Source of the DNA: Candidatus Poribacteria bacterium
Lineage (GTDB): Bacteria > Poribacteria > WGA-4E > PCPOR2b
Length of the DNA: 64,000 bases
Reading direction: 5' to 3'
NCBI GenBank assembly: GCA_965208675.1
Contig: OZ242351.1
Location: 1,792,001 to 1,856,000, forward strand
Shown: positions 39,660 to 50,799 of the stretch, one piece after another
Layout of the letters: each line of letters begins with the position of its first letter
Numbering within the stretch: position 1 is the stretch's first letter
Translations under genes and position numbers: made by a program
Notes under the pieces: model-generated
Told to the model about the DNA's origin: nothing
The model's database searches: none
The model's input: only the letters and a program-made list of their open reading frames with translations

Positions 39660-42600
39660 CTACTTCACGATGACCATCCGCTTCACCGAGACATAGTCGC
39701 CGGCCCGAAGTTGATAGAAATACAGTCCGCTCGCAACCCGCTCTCCAGCCTCGGATCTCCCGTCCCAAAACGCCGCACGCTGCCTATCAATGTAATAACC
39801 CGCCCTCTGATGTCCCAATCTCAATTGGCGAACTATTGCGCCGTCGAAGTCATAAATTGAAATTTCTACCGATGCATCGGACGCCAATTGATAAGGGATC
39901 CACGTTTCCGGATTGAACGGATTCGGGTAGTTAGGCAAGAGTTTGGTTTCCACGGCGGCACTTTGGCGTTGTGTCAACCATGCGCGCAGAAGATTCCGCG
40001 CGGTTATTGCCGCTGGCGCTGGATTGGTCAGCGCTTCCAATTCGGCGAGTGCGTGCTGAATCGCAGCAATCCCGCCTTCCGGCAGCAGTTCTGGCTGTCG
40101 AATGTTTGGAAGGTTAGAAAGGACGCCGTGCATCTTGCTCGGCGCAGACGGCGCCGTTGTGTTTTCGCCGAGCCGTTCGCTGATTTGAATTAGGTCATCG
40201 ACATTAACGGTACCATCCCTGTTGACATCGGCAGCGGGGTTTTCGGGAGGCGTCTGCCCGTATTGCATACCGGCAATAACCAAGTCAGCGACATCAATGA
40301 CACCGTCCAAATTGACATCTTCAGGATTGGCCGAATCCTGAGGTACCGTTTGTGTCCGTTCTATGAAGTCGGAGTATGACATCGCGCATCGAAAACCGCC
40401 GAGATGTATGCGAAAATCCGGGGTGCTGACGTGGTTGTCACGATGGGCGCATCGGGTCACGTGTCTTTTATTCATCCAACATGCCCCGCGGAACGCGCGG
40501 TGTATCCCGATCGCTGGCCCCTGTGGGTTATTCCACTCCGTTAGCGAAGAATAATAGGCGTGATTATACCAATCTGAAACCGATTCCCAGACATTGCCGA
40601 CCATATCGAGCGCCCCGTACGGACTTGCGCCGTCGGGGAAACTTCCGACAGGCGTGGTTGTCCGGGGCCCAAGTTCCAAGGAATTCAAGCGTGTGGGGTC
40701 CCATTCATTCCCCCAAGGGAATATCCGGGCGTCCGTGCCCCTTGAGGCTTTTTCCCATTCGGCTTCTGTCGGCAATCGTTTCCCCGCCCATTTTGTGTAT
40801 GCGACTGCATCATTGTAGCTCACTTGGACTACCGGGTGATTCATCTTATCCTTAATCGTGCTTCCGTGCCCAAGCGGCGCCCTCCAGTTTGCGCCCTGGA
40901 TTTGAGGCCAAACGTTGCCGCCCTCCCATACAAATCCCCAGTTTTCCCTTTCAGCGTCGGTGATGTAACCCGTCGCATTCACAAATTTTTCAAACTGTGC
41001 GTTCGTCACCTCATATTTGTCGATGTAAAACGCGTCCAAAAATACCGTATGCTGCGGCTGTTCATGCTTGAAAAGCTCTCGGAGTGCGGGATTACGCCGC
41101 GTAATCTCATCAAGCTGCGAGTCACTGGTACCCATGATAAACTCGCCTTCGGGCACGAGCACCATGGTTGAATCGTCCTTCTGGTGGGTGATTTCAGTCA
41201 GCGGACCTTCGTGAATAACAGTGTCAAGTGCGGGAAGATGCATAGATGCTCCCGTTCCGCTGTAGAACGGAATCTCTGCATTAACCGGACCGTTGTTAAA
41301 GTTTGCGACTATCAAACGATCAGATTCCTCGGTCACCAATTTTACCGCTTTGACGAGACTATCGCTCGTAACTAACCACTGAAGTTTGCTCACCATGCTT
41401 CGTGTCACATCCCTGTCTCCGCTGATAAAGAGATAACTGCCTTCTCGAACAATATCGCCTTGTTCGTATTCCCCCGCCCCGAAATGTGGTTGCGACGTCG
41501 GGACATAGTCGATCCGTTCAGTAATCTGTCCGTTCCAAATGTTTCTCCTTCCCGGTCGAATCCTAAATGCGCCATCGTTGCGCACGTTGATGATGCCTAG
41601 TTTATCATCGATATTGATCCACGCGGAATCAATTGTGATATCCTCGCCGGGGCTGCTCCCAGCCGACAAAAATACTGCGTCACCTGCAGAATATATTTGC
41701 CTCTGGTTATCGTTGAAGATGCCGTTCGGCAAATGGTAAGTCAAACCGGCTTGTGCGGACACTGCAATTGCCTCTCGCGCAACTAGATATTCCATCATTA
41801 ACGCGGTTCCGTCTTCGGGCATCGCCGTAAAACTTATGTAGTGGTCTAAACCGTCTGTGTTGTCCCGCCTCCCCTCTCTTAACTGCCCCGTTGCGACGAA
41901 GCCACCTTCAATGAAGCGCTCATTATGGTGCATGAGCGTAGGGGGCGTGTCCGTATCTTTAATGAATACATTTCCGATGAAATTTCCCTTAGCCCATTCC
42001 ACCATGTTGTCGTCTCCAGGCACGAAGAGAGCCATCGGATAGTGTCCGGACAGATGCTGCCAACTGAATGACACAAACAGGTTTTCTGTGCGTGTGAAGA
42101 GATACTGGCAAAATTCGCTGTGAAAGCTGCCTTCCAGCTTTTTCTGAAAAGTATATACGTTTTCGGCGCCTATTGACGGCGAGAATTGGTGAAGTAGGTA
42201 AGCTAACCCCATATTTGCGTAGCTGTCCGTTTCGTAGATAAGGGGCCATCCTTGACGTTGATTTGCGAACCGCGCCCCGAAAATACTTCCGCCGCTGTTC
42301 TGTTGCTGCTCCCAAGCGAGCGCGCGAAAGCGGAGTTGTTCGATGAGGCGTGCGTCGGAGTCGCCGAGTTCATTTTCCAACATTACTAAGGCAGGAATGA
42401 TAAAGTAAGGCCCGTAGACGTGCCGCCCCCAATCCTTGCCCTGAAAATAGGCAAAACGTCCGGAAAAAAGATGTGTGCGCTTTAGCGTATCCCAAACATC
42501 GGTGAGATGATGAAAAAGAGTTTGAGGCACTGGCTGTCCGTTGCTAACAAACGCGTAGTATGCCCAAGCGAGCGAGTGCAACGGAACTGCAATATAGTCA

Positions 42601-43481
42601 AACTGGTAGGCGCCGTGTCCTTCCAGCGTGAAATCCGGATGCGCGTTTGTCGTATTTACCCATTCATTAACCGGTTTTCCATCGACTACGGTGGTGTCGT
42701 TGGAATCCGCCTCAACCGAAAAGGTGTTCATGAACAACTCTTGCGCTTTCGATAGCCACCTTTCTGCATTGGGGTGGTTTGGATACAAGCTGGTTGCCCA
42801 AGCGAGTACCTCAGCGTTCAAGGCGTTGAGTTCAGCTTGGGTGTCTTCATATTCACGGGAAAACACCCGGTTTCCTAACTGGAAGTCCGCTTCATGAACA
42901 ACAACGCGCCGAATGGCATCAGTTTCCTCTTGGGTTAACTCATCCCAAATCAGGCGCGCCCCAGCCACAGCTTTAGAAATAACCCATGGCGACAACCACT
43001 GATGCGGCTGCGCCCCCCACTTTTCGCCGTCCGTACAGACGATGCCGCCGGTGACATGGGTCGCCGTAAAGTATCGAAGCGCCGCCCGCACACGATTCAA
43101 AAGCGTCTCTCGACTGATTTGCGGTGCAGTACGATTTCCTCCCGTTTCCGCCGCCAAAAGGCCGTATACGAAGATAAAATTAGCCAGTACGCGCATCTGA
43201 TTGTGGTCATGTACGCCGTTGCTGAAATATCCGAACTGGGAATCGCCCTGATAGCCGCTATGCCATTCTGATTCTGCGTAGGTCGGAAACCGTTCTAGAA
43301 ATGCAATGTAATCCGCATGATTGGGAAAGTCTGCACTTGGGTAAAAATGCTGAATTGGCGGGATAGCCCAAAGATTGAAAGGAGAGCCAAGTAGAGATGC
43401 TAGTAGAACAACTAAGATGGTAGGTAGTTTAGCATGAGACGATTTACAGCAGGTGGTGCCGGTTCTCTTCAAGGATTGCAT
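39660..43481 (-). CDS. Secreted multidomain protein: lyase-like N-terminus + FGE-sulfatase (SUMF1) domain + dockerin-like + FlgD-Ig domain
   Basis: FIMG, EVTNAQF, HPVVQVS, RLPTEAEWE, DMVGNVWE, GFRC; DVNLDG/DVNRDG; LPNYPNPFNPETWIPYQL...WDGR...SGLYFYQL. Confidence 0.8.
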   Translation of the reverse strand: MQSLKRTGTTCCKSSHAKLPTILVVLLASLLGSPFNLWAIPPIQHFYPSADFPNHADYIAFLERFPTYAESEWHSGYQGDSQFGYFSNGVHDHNQMRVLANFIFVYGLLAAETGGNRTAPQISRETLLNRVRAALRYFTATHVTGGIVCTDGEKWGAQPHQWLSPWVISKAVAGARLIWDELTQEETDAIRRVVVHEADFQLGNRVFSREYEDTQAELNALNAEVLAWATSLYPNHPNAERWLSKAQELFMNTFSVEADSNDTTVVDGKPVNEWVNTTNAHPDFTLEGHGAYQFDYIAVPLHSLAWAYYAFVSNGQPVPQTLFHHLTDVWDTLKRTHLFSGRFAYFQGKDWGRHVYGPYFIIPALVMLENELGDSDARLIEQLRFRALAWEQQQNSGGSIFGARFANQRQGWPLIYETDSYANMGLAYLLHQFSPSIGAENVYTFQKKLEGSFHSEFCQYLFTRTENLFVSFSWQHLSGHYPMALFVPGDDNMVEWAKGNFIGNVFIKDTDTPPTLMHHNERFIEGGFVATGQLREGRRDNTDGLDHYISFTAMPEDGTALMMEYLVAREAIAVSAQAGLTYHLPNGIFNDNQRQIYSAGDAVFLSAGSSPGEDITIDSAWINIDDKLGIINVRNDGAFRIRPGRRNIWNGQITERIDYVPTSQPHFGAGEYEQGDIVREGSYLFISGDRDVTRSMVSKLQWLVTSDSLVKAVKLVTEESDRLIVANFNNGPVNAEIPFYSGTGASMHLPALDTVIHEGPLTEITHQKDDSTMVLVPEGEFIMGTSDSQLDEITRRNPALRELFKHEQPQHTVFLDAFYIDKYEVTNAQFEKFVNATGYITDAERENWGFVWEGGNVWPQIQGANWRAPLGHGSTIKDKMNHPVVQVSYNDAVAYTKWAGKRLPTEAEWEKASRGTDARIFPWGNEWDPTRLNSLELGPRTTTPVGSFPDGASPYGALDMVGNVWESVSDWYNHAYYSSLTEWNNPQGPAIGIHRAFRGACWMNKRHVTRCAHRDNHVSTPDFRIHLGGFRCAMSYSDFIERTQTVPQDSANPEDVNLDGVIDVADLVIAGMQYGQTPPENPAADVNRDGTVNVDDLIQISERLGENTTAPSAPSKMHGVLSNLPNIRQPELLPEGGIAAIQHALAELEALTNPAPAAITARNLLRAWLTQRQSAAVETKLLPNYPNPFNPETWIPYQLASDASVEISIYDFDGAIVRQLRLGHQRAGYYIDRQRAAFWDGRSEAGERVASGLYFYQLRAGDYVSVKRMVIVK

Positions 43482-43654
43482 CAAGTGCTCCAAGATTTTA
43501 TGCGCTATTCGGATTATTTTTGCATATAAGCCCAGTAAAGTCAAGAATGGAATTCGGCTCTGTAGATTTGCGCAGCGTAATCATGGACGATATTACTTAA
43601 TAGTGATCGTGCACTCATAGGATTTGCCGCAATTCCCGATTCGCCAATCCCAAC

Positions 43655-43684
43655 TTGCCAAGCTAAACGCCTTCATGCTATAAT
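43655..43684 (+). promoter_or_regulatory. sigma70 promoter of argH
   Basis: TTGCCA-N18-TATAAT with extended TGn. Confidence 0.55.
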
Positions 43685-43782
43685 ACTTTGCGCATTTTTC
43701 GCCAAGAAATTTTAGCCGGAATAGACCAAACTAAAATGCGTGCGCCGAATAAAGTCATTGATGGCTCCGCCATATCGGAAGA

Positions 43783-45297
43783 ATGAAAAGTTCGAATAAA
43801 CTGTGGGGCGGGCGGTTCCGCTCAGACCTCGCCGCTAAAACCGAAGACTTTACGCAATCAATTGAAGTTGATTCTCGCTTAGTTGCGCACGACATCTGGG
43901 GGAGCCAAGCCCATGCAATCATGCTGGCGTATCAGGGCATCATATCTGATGTAGACCTTCAACATATCTTAACCGGGTTGCACAAAGCCGAAACAGATTT
44001 CCGCAAAGGGACGTTCCGCCTCGAACCTGAAAAGGAAGATGTCCACTTGAACGTAGAGGGGTACCTTATCAGTCAAACTGGACCCGAATTTGGCGGAAAA
44101 CTGCATACGGCGCGCTCCCGGAATGATCAGATACTTGCCGATGCCCGCCTATACATTCGGGAGCAGCTCCTCCAGTGCCAAGGCGGTTTGTCTCGTCTAT
44201 GCCGCCGATTCTTAGCAGTTGCAAAAGCGCACCCCGATACAGTGATGCCGGGCTACACCCATACGCAGCATGCCCAGCCAATCAGCCTCGGTTTTTGGGC
44301 AACCGCCTACGTCAGCATGTTTCTGCGCGATTGCAAACGCTTGAACACAGCTTATGAAATCGTGAATGTTAATCCGCTCGGCGCATGTGCGCTAGCCGGT
44401 ACGTCTTTCCCAATCGATCGCTGCTTGACAGCGGAGTTACTCGGTTTTGATTCCGTGCAGGAACACGCTCTGGATGTCATCAGCTCCCGCGATTTCATCG
44501 CCGAGCCGCTCTGTGCTTTGGCGGTGCTAATGGCAAACCTCTCTCGATTCAGCGAGGAACTTGTATATTGGACATCTTACGAATTCGGCATGGCTGTGCT
44601 AAATGATGCTTATGCGTCCGGCAGCTCGATTATGCCTCAGAAAAAAAACCCTGACCTCGCCGAACTCATACGCGGGCGCACCGGCCGCATCTACGGTGCG
44701 CTTATGGATCACCTGACTAACCTCAAGGGGTTGCCGATGGGTTATAACCGCGACCTGCAAGAAGACAAACCGCCGTTGTGGGATGCCTTTGACATCGTCC
44801 AATCTTGCTTGGGAATACTGCCTGACATTCTGAACACGCTTGATTACCAAACAGACCGAATGGAAGCGTTGGCAAACGCCAACTTTGCAACTGCGACAGA
44901 ACTGGCAAATTATCTTGTTCGTGAATGCGGCATTGCGTTTCGCGAGTGCCACGAAATTGTTGGCGGCGTCGTTGGCGATCTGGTGAAGATGGACAAGCCT
45001 TTTCAAGACTGGGAGGAAACCCAAAGACTGTTGCAACAACGAGGCGTCACACTGTCGATTCCAAAACTCCAAGCTATTCTCGATCCAAAGCGCGCTCTTC
45101 GTAATTACCAGAGCCTTGGGAGCACATCGCCCGATGAAGTCAAGCGGATGACCGGTGAATTTGAGGAAAAGTTGGACGAAATTGACGCGCAGATTGAAAC
45201 TCGGCAAGCTGCGATTCAGGCGGTGCACGAACGCACCCGCCAAATCGTCGAACGGGTGCTGGCAGGCGAACCGATTGGGGAGGTCTTGCCCGAATAA
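43783..45297 (+). CDS. argH: Argininosuccinate lyase
   Basis: LWGGRF, LHTARSRNDQ, GSSIMPQKKNPD, YNRDLQEDK. Confidence 0.97.
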   Translation: MKSSNKLWGGRFRSDLAAKTEDFTQSIEVDSRLVAHDIWGSQAHAIMLAYQGIISDVDLQHILTGLHKAETDFRKGTFRLEPEKEDVHLNVEGYLISQTGPEFGGKLHTARSRNDQILADARLYIREQLLQCQGGLSRLCRRFLAVAKAHPDTVMPGYTHTQHAQPISLGFWATAYVSMFLRDCKRLNTAYEIVNVNPLGACALAGTSFPIDRCLTAELLGFDSVQEHALDVISSRDFIAEPLCALAVLMANLSRFSEELVYWTSYEFGMAVLNDAYASGSSIMPQKKNPDLAELIRGRTGRIYGALMDHLTNLKGLPMGYNRDLQEDKPPLWDAFDIVQSCLGILPDILNTLDYQTDRMEALANANFATATELANYLVRECGIAFRECHEIVGGVVGDLVKMDKPFQDWEETQRLLQQRGVTLSIPKLQAILDPKRALRNYQSLGSTSPDEVKRMTGEFEEKLDEIDAQIETRQAAIQAVHERTRQIVERVLAGEPIGEVLPE

Positions 45298-45354
45298 CGA
45301 ATCGACATTCCCGGGCGAGGTGAACGCCTTTCAAACACTAACGCAAATCAATTG

Positions 45355-46092
45355 ATGAAACCGGATATTCCTGAAAATAGACTCATCGTCCCGTTAGATG
45401 TCGATAGTTTGGCGGATGCGAATCGAATTGCCGCACAGCTATTCGATCGTGTGAAAACGTTCAAGGTTGGCAAACAACTTTTCACGGCTGCCGGTCCCGC
45501 TGCTGTCAAGAGATTGATTGAGGAGAAAAAGGCGGTTTTTTTAGACCTTAAATTCCACGACATCCCCAACACCGTTGCGGGGGCAGTTGCATCGGCAACA
45601 AAAATTGGCGCGGAGATGATTAACATGCACGCTTCAGGCGGGTTTCAAATGATGCGCGCCGCAAGGGAAACCGCCGAAAGAACAGCATCGGAACTGGATA
45701 TTCCTCCTCCGACGCTCTTGGGGGTGACTATCCTCACGAGCGTTGATGAGGCAACTTTCCAGTGCGACTTTGGAACGAATCGCAGGCTGAAGGATCAGGT
45801 CGCTTATCTCGCGGAAATCTCTCAATCCGCCGGCTTGCATGGCGTGGTTGCCTCGCCGTTAGAAATTAGACGGGTTCGCGAGGTTTGCGGCGGCGATTTT
45901 GTCATTGTTACGCCCGGTATTCGCCCAAAATGGGCACGGCGCGGAGATCAGCGGCGCATCATGACGCCCGTAGAAGCCATTGCGGAGGGCGCGAACTATA
46001 TCGTTGTTGGGCGCCCAATTACTGCGTCCAATCGACCACTTGAGGCAGCAAACGCAATTATTGGTGAAATTAAGCAGGCTGAAGAAGGATGA
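45355..46092 (+). CDS. pyrF: Orotidine-5'-phosphate decarboxylase
   Basis: FLDLKFHDIPNTV, VTPGIRP, DQRR, VVGRPIT. Confidence 0.97.
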   Translation: MKPDIPENRLIVPLDVDSLADANRIAAQLFDRVKTFKVGKQLFTAAGPAAVKRLIEEKKAVFLDLKFHDIPNTVAGAVASATKIGAEMINMHASGGFQMMRAARETAERTASELDIPPPTLLGVTILTSVDEATFQCDFGTNRRLKDQVAYLAEISQSAGLHGVVASPLEIRRVREVCGGDFVIVTPGIRPKWARRGDQRRIMTPVEAIAEGANYIVVGRPITASNRPLEAANAIIGEIKQAEEG

Positions 46093-46213
46093 AAGAGACG
46101 TGGATGTGAGATTCCCTTCCGTCTAATCTAATCATAATCCTCCACGCCTTTCGTCAATCGGAGGTAAAGTCCGGGAATACGTGCCTTATTCAGCTCAATT
46201 ACACTGGACAACT

Positions 46214-46774
46214 ATGCTCAATCAAGACCAAGTTTTAGAAATCTTTCAATTTTCGGGTGCATTACTAGCCGGGCATTTCCAACTTAGATCTGGACTGCAT
46301 AGCGATCGTTTTTTACAAACTGCCGTTGTCCTGCAACATCCGGCGTATACTTCAGCAATTGGCACCGAGATTGCGGAGCGAGTAAGGGCGTACAGCGCTA
46401 ATATTGTGATCGGTCCCGCAATCGGCGGGGTGATTTTGGCGTACGACGTGGCGCGGGTATTGGGTGCCCGCGCCATGTTCGGCGAGAAGAACGGCGATCA
46501 GATGACGCTTCGGCCGGGGTTTAATATTGAACCCCGCGATCGGATTGTCGTCGTAGATGATGTTCTGACAACGGGCGGGTCGGTGTTCAAATTAGTAAAT
46601 CTTTGCCGCCGATACGGCGCGCAGGTCGTCGTGACAGCATTTATCGTTGACCGCAGCACAACGCCAATTGACTTTGGCGTTCCGACAATTTCCCTCGCGG
46701 CAATCGATATTGCCACATATGCGTCCGATGAATGCCCTATGTGCCGGCAAGGCATTCCCCTAGTTGAACCCTAA
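46214..46774 (+). CDS. pyrE: Orotate phosphoribosyltransferase
   Basis: GHFQLRSGLHS, VVDDVLTTGGS, CPMC. Confidence 0.95.
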   Translation: MLNQDQVLEIFQFSGALLAGHFQLRSGLHSDRFLQTAVVLQHPAYTSAIGTEIAERVRAYSANIVIGPAIGGVILAYDVARVLGARAMFGEKNGDQMTLRPGFNIEPRDRIVVVDDVLTTGGSVFKLVNLCRRYGAQVVVTAFIVDRSTTPIDFGVPTISLAAIDIATYASDECPMCRQGIPLVEP

Positions 46775-46785
46775 TTCCGGGAATG

Positions 46786-46806
46786 ACCCCGCTGCACGGG
46801 GTTTTG
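46786..46806 (+). terminator. Possible terminator after pyrE
   Basis: ACCCCG-CTGCA-CGGGGT followed by a short T tract. Confidence 0.4.
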
Positions 46807-46891
46807 TGGAAAGGTGCAATAACAGTATGAAGAAACGATTTCACCGCGGCCGCTATATCTTTGACATTAGCAATGCACGCAAATCCAAAAC

Positions 46892-48685
46892 ATGAAGCAG
46901 AGAATACGAAACTTTTGTATTTTGGGGCACATAGATCACGGGAAAAGTACTCTGAGTGATCGCCTTTTGGAATACACCGGTACCTTGACGCAGCGCCAGA
47001 TGCGGGATCAGGTGCTCGATTTGATGGACCTGGAACGCGAACGCGGGATTACGATTAAGGCAACGGTTGTCAGACTGGAGTATCGCGCCGCAGATGGCGA
47101 AGTTTACGAACTAAATCTGATTGATACTCCCGGTCACGTGGATTTTACCTACGAGGTCTCAAGGAGTTTAGCCGCGTGCGACGGCGCACTCTTGATTGTC
47201 GATGCCGCCCAAGGGGTTGAAGCTCAGACCTTGGCAAATGCATATCTTGCTATAGATCAAAACCTTGAAATTGTGCCCGTTATCAACAAAATCGATCTTC
47301 CGATTGCACGGCCCGATGCCGTGAAACGTGAGATTGAGGAAATCATCGGGCTGCCCGCTGAAGATGCAATTTTAGTCAGCGCAAAACAGGGTGTTGGGAC
47401 ACACGAGGTATTGGAGGCAATCGTTAGTCACATTCCGCCGCCCCAAGGAGATACTAATGCGCCCTTAAAGGCGTTGGTGATAGACTCGCTATACGATAGC
47501 TACCGGGGTGTTGTTATGTATGTCCGCGTCTTTGACGGCACGGTCAAGACGGGGGACGGCATTCGGTTGATGGCGACCGGAAAATCTTACGAAGTTGAAG
47601 AAGTCGGCGTATTTCTGCCAACTATGGAACCGGTTAGTCAGCTCTCGACCGGCTCCGTCGGTTATGTAATCGCTTCAGTTCGGGAGATTGCGGATGCAAA
47701 GATTGGGGATACAATCACCCATCAGGACAGAGCGGCGCCGAAAGCGTTGCCCGGCTATCGTGAACTCAACCCCCTAGTGTTTTGCGGGCTTTATCCGGCG
47801 GATGCCGGTGAATTTGTCCAGCTCCGGGAAGCGCTGGAAAAGCTAAGGCTAAACGATGCATCATTCACTTTTGAGCCCGAAAGTTCCGTTGCGCTCGGCT
47901 TTGGTTTTCGATGCGGTTTCTTGGGGCTGTTGCACATGGAGATTATCCAGGAACGCCTCGAACGCGAATTTGATTTGTCTCTTATCCGCACTTCCCCCAG
48001 CGTCCGCTATCATGTCTTCCAAACGAATGGAAAACGCCTTGTGGTCGATAACCCCGCCCAAATGCCGCCTCCGGACAAAATTGACCACATTGATGAACCG
48101 CACATCACTGCCGACATTATCGTTTGGAAGGACTATATCGGATCAGTAATGGATTTGTGCCAGAAACGGCGAGGACGTTTTATTCAAATGAATCAGCTCG
48201 ATCAATCCCGCGTACAGGTGATTTACGATCTGCCGTTAGGCGAGATTCTCATTGATTTCTACGATAAACTTAAATCTGCAACGCGCGGCTACGGTTCGCT
48301 AGAATATGACATCGGCGAATATCAGCCTGCGGATTTGGTGAAATTGGAAATTCTGCTCCACGGTAAAGCGGTCGATGCCCTATCGACAATCCTTCATCGT
48401 GACATGGCATACGCCCGTGGCAGAGCTTTGGTCGAGAAGTTGCATGAGTTGATTCCGCGCCAGATGTTTGAGGCGCCAATTCAAGCGGCAATTGGCAACC
48501 GAGTGATTGCGCGAGAAACCATTCGTGCTCTACGCAAAAATGTCACTGCTAAGCTCTATGGCGGCGATGTGACGCGCAAGCGTAAGTTATTGGAACGGCA
48601 GAAGGAAGGCAAAAAACGCATGAAACAGGTTGGCAGTGTCGAAGTGCCTCAAGAAGCGTTCATGGCGATTCTTTCAATTGAGTAG
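46892..48685 (+). CDS. lepA: Elongation factor 4
   Basis: [39 protein letters not shown]. Confidence 0.98.
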   Translation: MKQRIRNFCILGHIDHGKSTLSDRLLEYTGTLTQRQMRDQVLDLMDLERERGITIKATVVRLEYRAADGEVYELNLIDTPGHVDFTYEVSRSLAACDGALLIVDAAQGVEAQTLANAYLAIDQNLEIVPVINKIDLPIARPDAVKREIEEIIGLPAEDAILVSAKQGVGTHEVLEAIVSHIPPPQGDTNAPLKALVIDSLYDSYRGVVMYVRVFDGTVKTGDGIRLMATGKSYEVEEVGVFLPTMEPVSQLSTGSVGYVIASVREIADAKIGDTITHQDRAAPKALPGYRELNPLVFCGLYPADAGEFVQLREALEKLRLNDASFTFEPESSVALGFGFRCGFLGLLHMEIIQERLEREFDLSLIRTSPSVRYHVFQTNGKRLVVDNPAQMPPPDKIDHIDEPHITADIIVWKDYIGSVMDLCQKRRGRFIQMNQLDQSRVQVIYDLPLGEILIDFYDKLKSATRGYGSLEYDIGEYQPADLVKLEILLHGKAVDALSTILHRDMAYARGRALVEKLHELIPRQMFEAPIQAAIGNRVIARETIRALRKNVTAKLYGGDVTRKRKLLERQKEGKKRMKQVGSVEVPQEAFMAILSIE

Positions 48686-48869
48686 TAAAGAAGCGGAGAG
48701 GAATGCTAGCACGCCGCTGAATCAGTTTAGAATGGAAACGTGCAGGCCTGAGAGATTTAAGTTTCTCCCGCAATTCTCACGGTTCACATTCCGCATCTTT
48801 CATAAACGCCGGTTTCTTGTATTAATTTTTTTTGCACTGATATTGCTTATTATTGGAGGAATTTTATTG

Positions 48870-49709
48870 ATGAATACAGATACAAAAGACACAAAGGAAA
48901 ACCTTTCGCGATGGCAGCGATTCCAGCAGACCGTGGTAAGAGAGTATCTTCAGGTCATCATCGTTGCCTTCGTTCTGGTTTTTGGGTTTATTCGCCCCTT
49001 TGTCGTCGAAGCATTCAAAATCCCATCGGGTTCCATGGAGGACACTCTGCTCGTTGGCGATCATCTCCTCGTCTGTAAGTTCATCTACGGAATAAAAATT
49101 CCATGTACAGAGATGGAGTTCCTTAACTTCCATAAACCGGCGCGGGGAGATGTTTTCGTTTTTATCCCGCCCCACGAGCGGACAAAGAATTTCATCAAGC
49201 GAATTGTTGCTGTTGAAGGCGATGAGGTTGAAACGAAGGGAGATCAGCTCTACGTCAATGGGCGGGCAATTGACGATGCAAATTACACCAAGCACGTTCC
49301 ATTTCCCGCGCAGGACTTTCCACCCTTCAATGCAAACGGAGTGAAAAGCGGTATGCTATCTATGGATAAGTTTCCATCCTTCAGCGCCCAAGAAGAATTT
49401 GACAGCGCCTTTTCAGATTACAAGCTGTCACGCAACCAGTTCCACATGAAATTTCCGATAGGTAAACCGTATGTCGTCCCGAAAGGGTACGTTTTTGCGA
49501 TGGGAGACAATCGGAACCAGAGCCAAGATAGCCGCACCTGGGGACCTGTGTCGGTGAAGGACATAAAAGGACAGGCATTCATGGTCTTCTGGTCACACGA
49601 AATTAGGAGCCGCGCAAAGCCTTGGGAGGTCTGGAAGATTTTCGGAGACGTCAGATTCGGCAGAATCGGTAAATTAATCCGGTCGGAATTTGATGGCAGT
49701 GAAGAGTAA
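48870..49709 (+). CDS. lepB: Signal peptidase I, copy 1 (alternative start 48732)
   Basis: IPSGSMEDTL (Ser), FIKRIV (Lys), MGDNRNQSQDSRTWG; GGAGG RBS. Confidence 0.93.
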   Translation: MNTDTKDTKENLSRWQRFQQTVVREYLQVIIVAFVLVFGFIRPFVVEAFKIPSGSMEDTLLVGDHLLVCKFIYGIKIPCTEMEFLNFHKPARGDVFVFIPPHERTKNFIKRIVAVEGDEVETKGDQLYVNGRAIDDANYTKHVPFPAQDFPPFNANGVKSGMLSMDKFPSFSAQEEFDSAFSDYKLSRNQFHMKFPIGKPYVVPKGYVFAMGDNRNQSQDSRTWGPVSVKDIKGQAFMVFWSHEIRSRAKPWEVWKIFGDVRFGRIGKLIRSEFDGSEE

Positions 49710-49867
49710 GGAGCGAACACGAGCAAGCAATGGAAGCGCGGAGACGTGAGAGGCTAAAGCTCGTCCTTCAATTCTCACGGTTTACATTCCGCTTCTTTCA
49801 TAAACGCCGGTTTCTTGTATTAATTTTTTTTGCACTGATATTGCTTATTATTGGAGGAATTTTATTG

Positions 49868-50707
49868 ATGAATACAGATACAAACGACACAAAGGAAAAC
49901 CTTTCGCGATGGCAGCGATTCCAGCAGACCGTGGTATGGGAGTATCTACAAGTCATCATTGTCGCTTTCGTTCTCGTTTTTGGGTTTATTCGCCCCTTTG
50001 TTGTCGAAGCATTCAAAATCCCTTCGGGTTCAATGGAGAACACACTGCTTGTCGGCGATCGTATCCTCGTCTGCAAGTTCATCTACGGAATTAAAGTCCC
50101 CGGTACGGACATTGAACTCCTTAACTTTCATAAACCGGCGCGGGGAGATGTCTTTGTCTTTATTCCGCCCCACGAGCGCGCAAAGAATTTCATCAAGCGC
50201 ATTGTCGCTGTCGAAGGTGATGAGATTGAAACCAGGGGTGATAGGCTTTACGTCAACGGCCGCGCAATCGACGATAGCAGTTACACCAAGCACGTTCCGT
50301 TTCCCACGCCCGACTTTCCACCGTTCCACGCAAAAGGGGTGAGAAGCGGTATGCTATCCGTGGATAAATTTCCAACCTTCGACGCCCAAGAAGATTTTGA
50401 AGGTTTATTTTCAGACTACAAGCTTTCACCGAATCAGTTCCGCCTGAAATTTCCAATGGGCAAACCGTTTAAAGTCCCGAAGGGTTATGTCTTTGCGATG
50501 GGTGACAATCGAGATCAGAGTCAAGATAGCCGTACGTGGGGACCGGTTTCTGTAAGGGACATCAAGGGCCAGGCGTTCTTGGTCTACTGGTCGCACGATA
50601 GCAGAAATCGTACAAAGCCTTGGCAGATTTGGAAGATTATCGGAGATATACGATTTAGCAGAATCGGCAAATTAATTCGGTCGGAATTCGAAGCGAGCAA
50701 AGAGTGA
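49868..50707 (+). CDS. lepB: Signal peptidase I, copy 2 (alternative start 49730)
   Basis: IPSGSMENTL, FIKRIV, MGDNRDQSQDSRTWG; same length as copy 1. Confidence 0.93.
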   Translation: MNTDTNDTKENLSRWQRFQQTVVWEYLQVIIVAFVLVFGFIRPFVVEAFKIPSGSMENTLLVGDRILVCKFIYGIKVPGTDIELLNFHKPARGDVFVFIPPHERAKNFIKRIVAVEGDEIETRGDRLYVNGRAIDDSSYTKHVPFPTPDFPPFHAKGVRSGMLSVDKFPTFDAQEDFEGLFSDYKLSPNQFRLKFPMGKPFKVPKGYVFAMGDNRDQSQDSRTWGPVSVRDIKGQAFLVYWSHDSRNRTKPWQIWKIIGDIRFSRIGKLIRSEFEASKE

Positions 50708-50799
50708 CGCGTGAAGACTAAAGTAGTTGGATTCAAGAGTTTTACGGCATTTCATGTTCAATTCAGCTCCGTTTCGTTCAAATTGGAGGCAAACTCCCA

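Noticed and set aside
40360-41170. FGE domain as a diversity-generating retroelement target
   Set aside because: No reverse transcriptase or template repeat seen in the window, and the domain is internal rather than C-terminal
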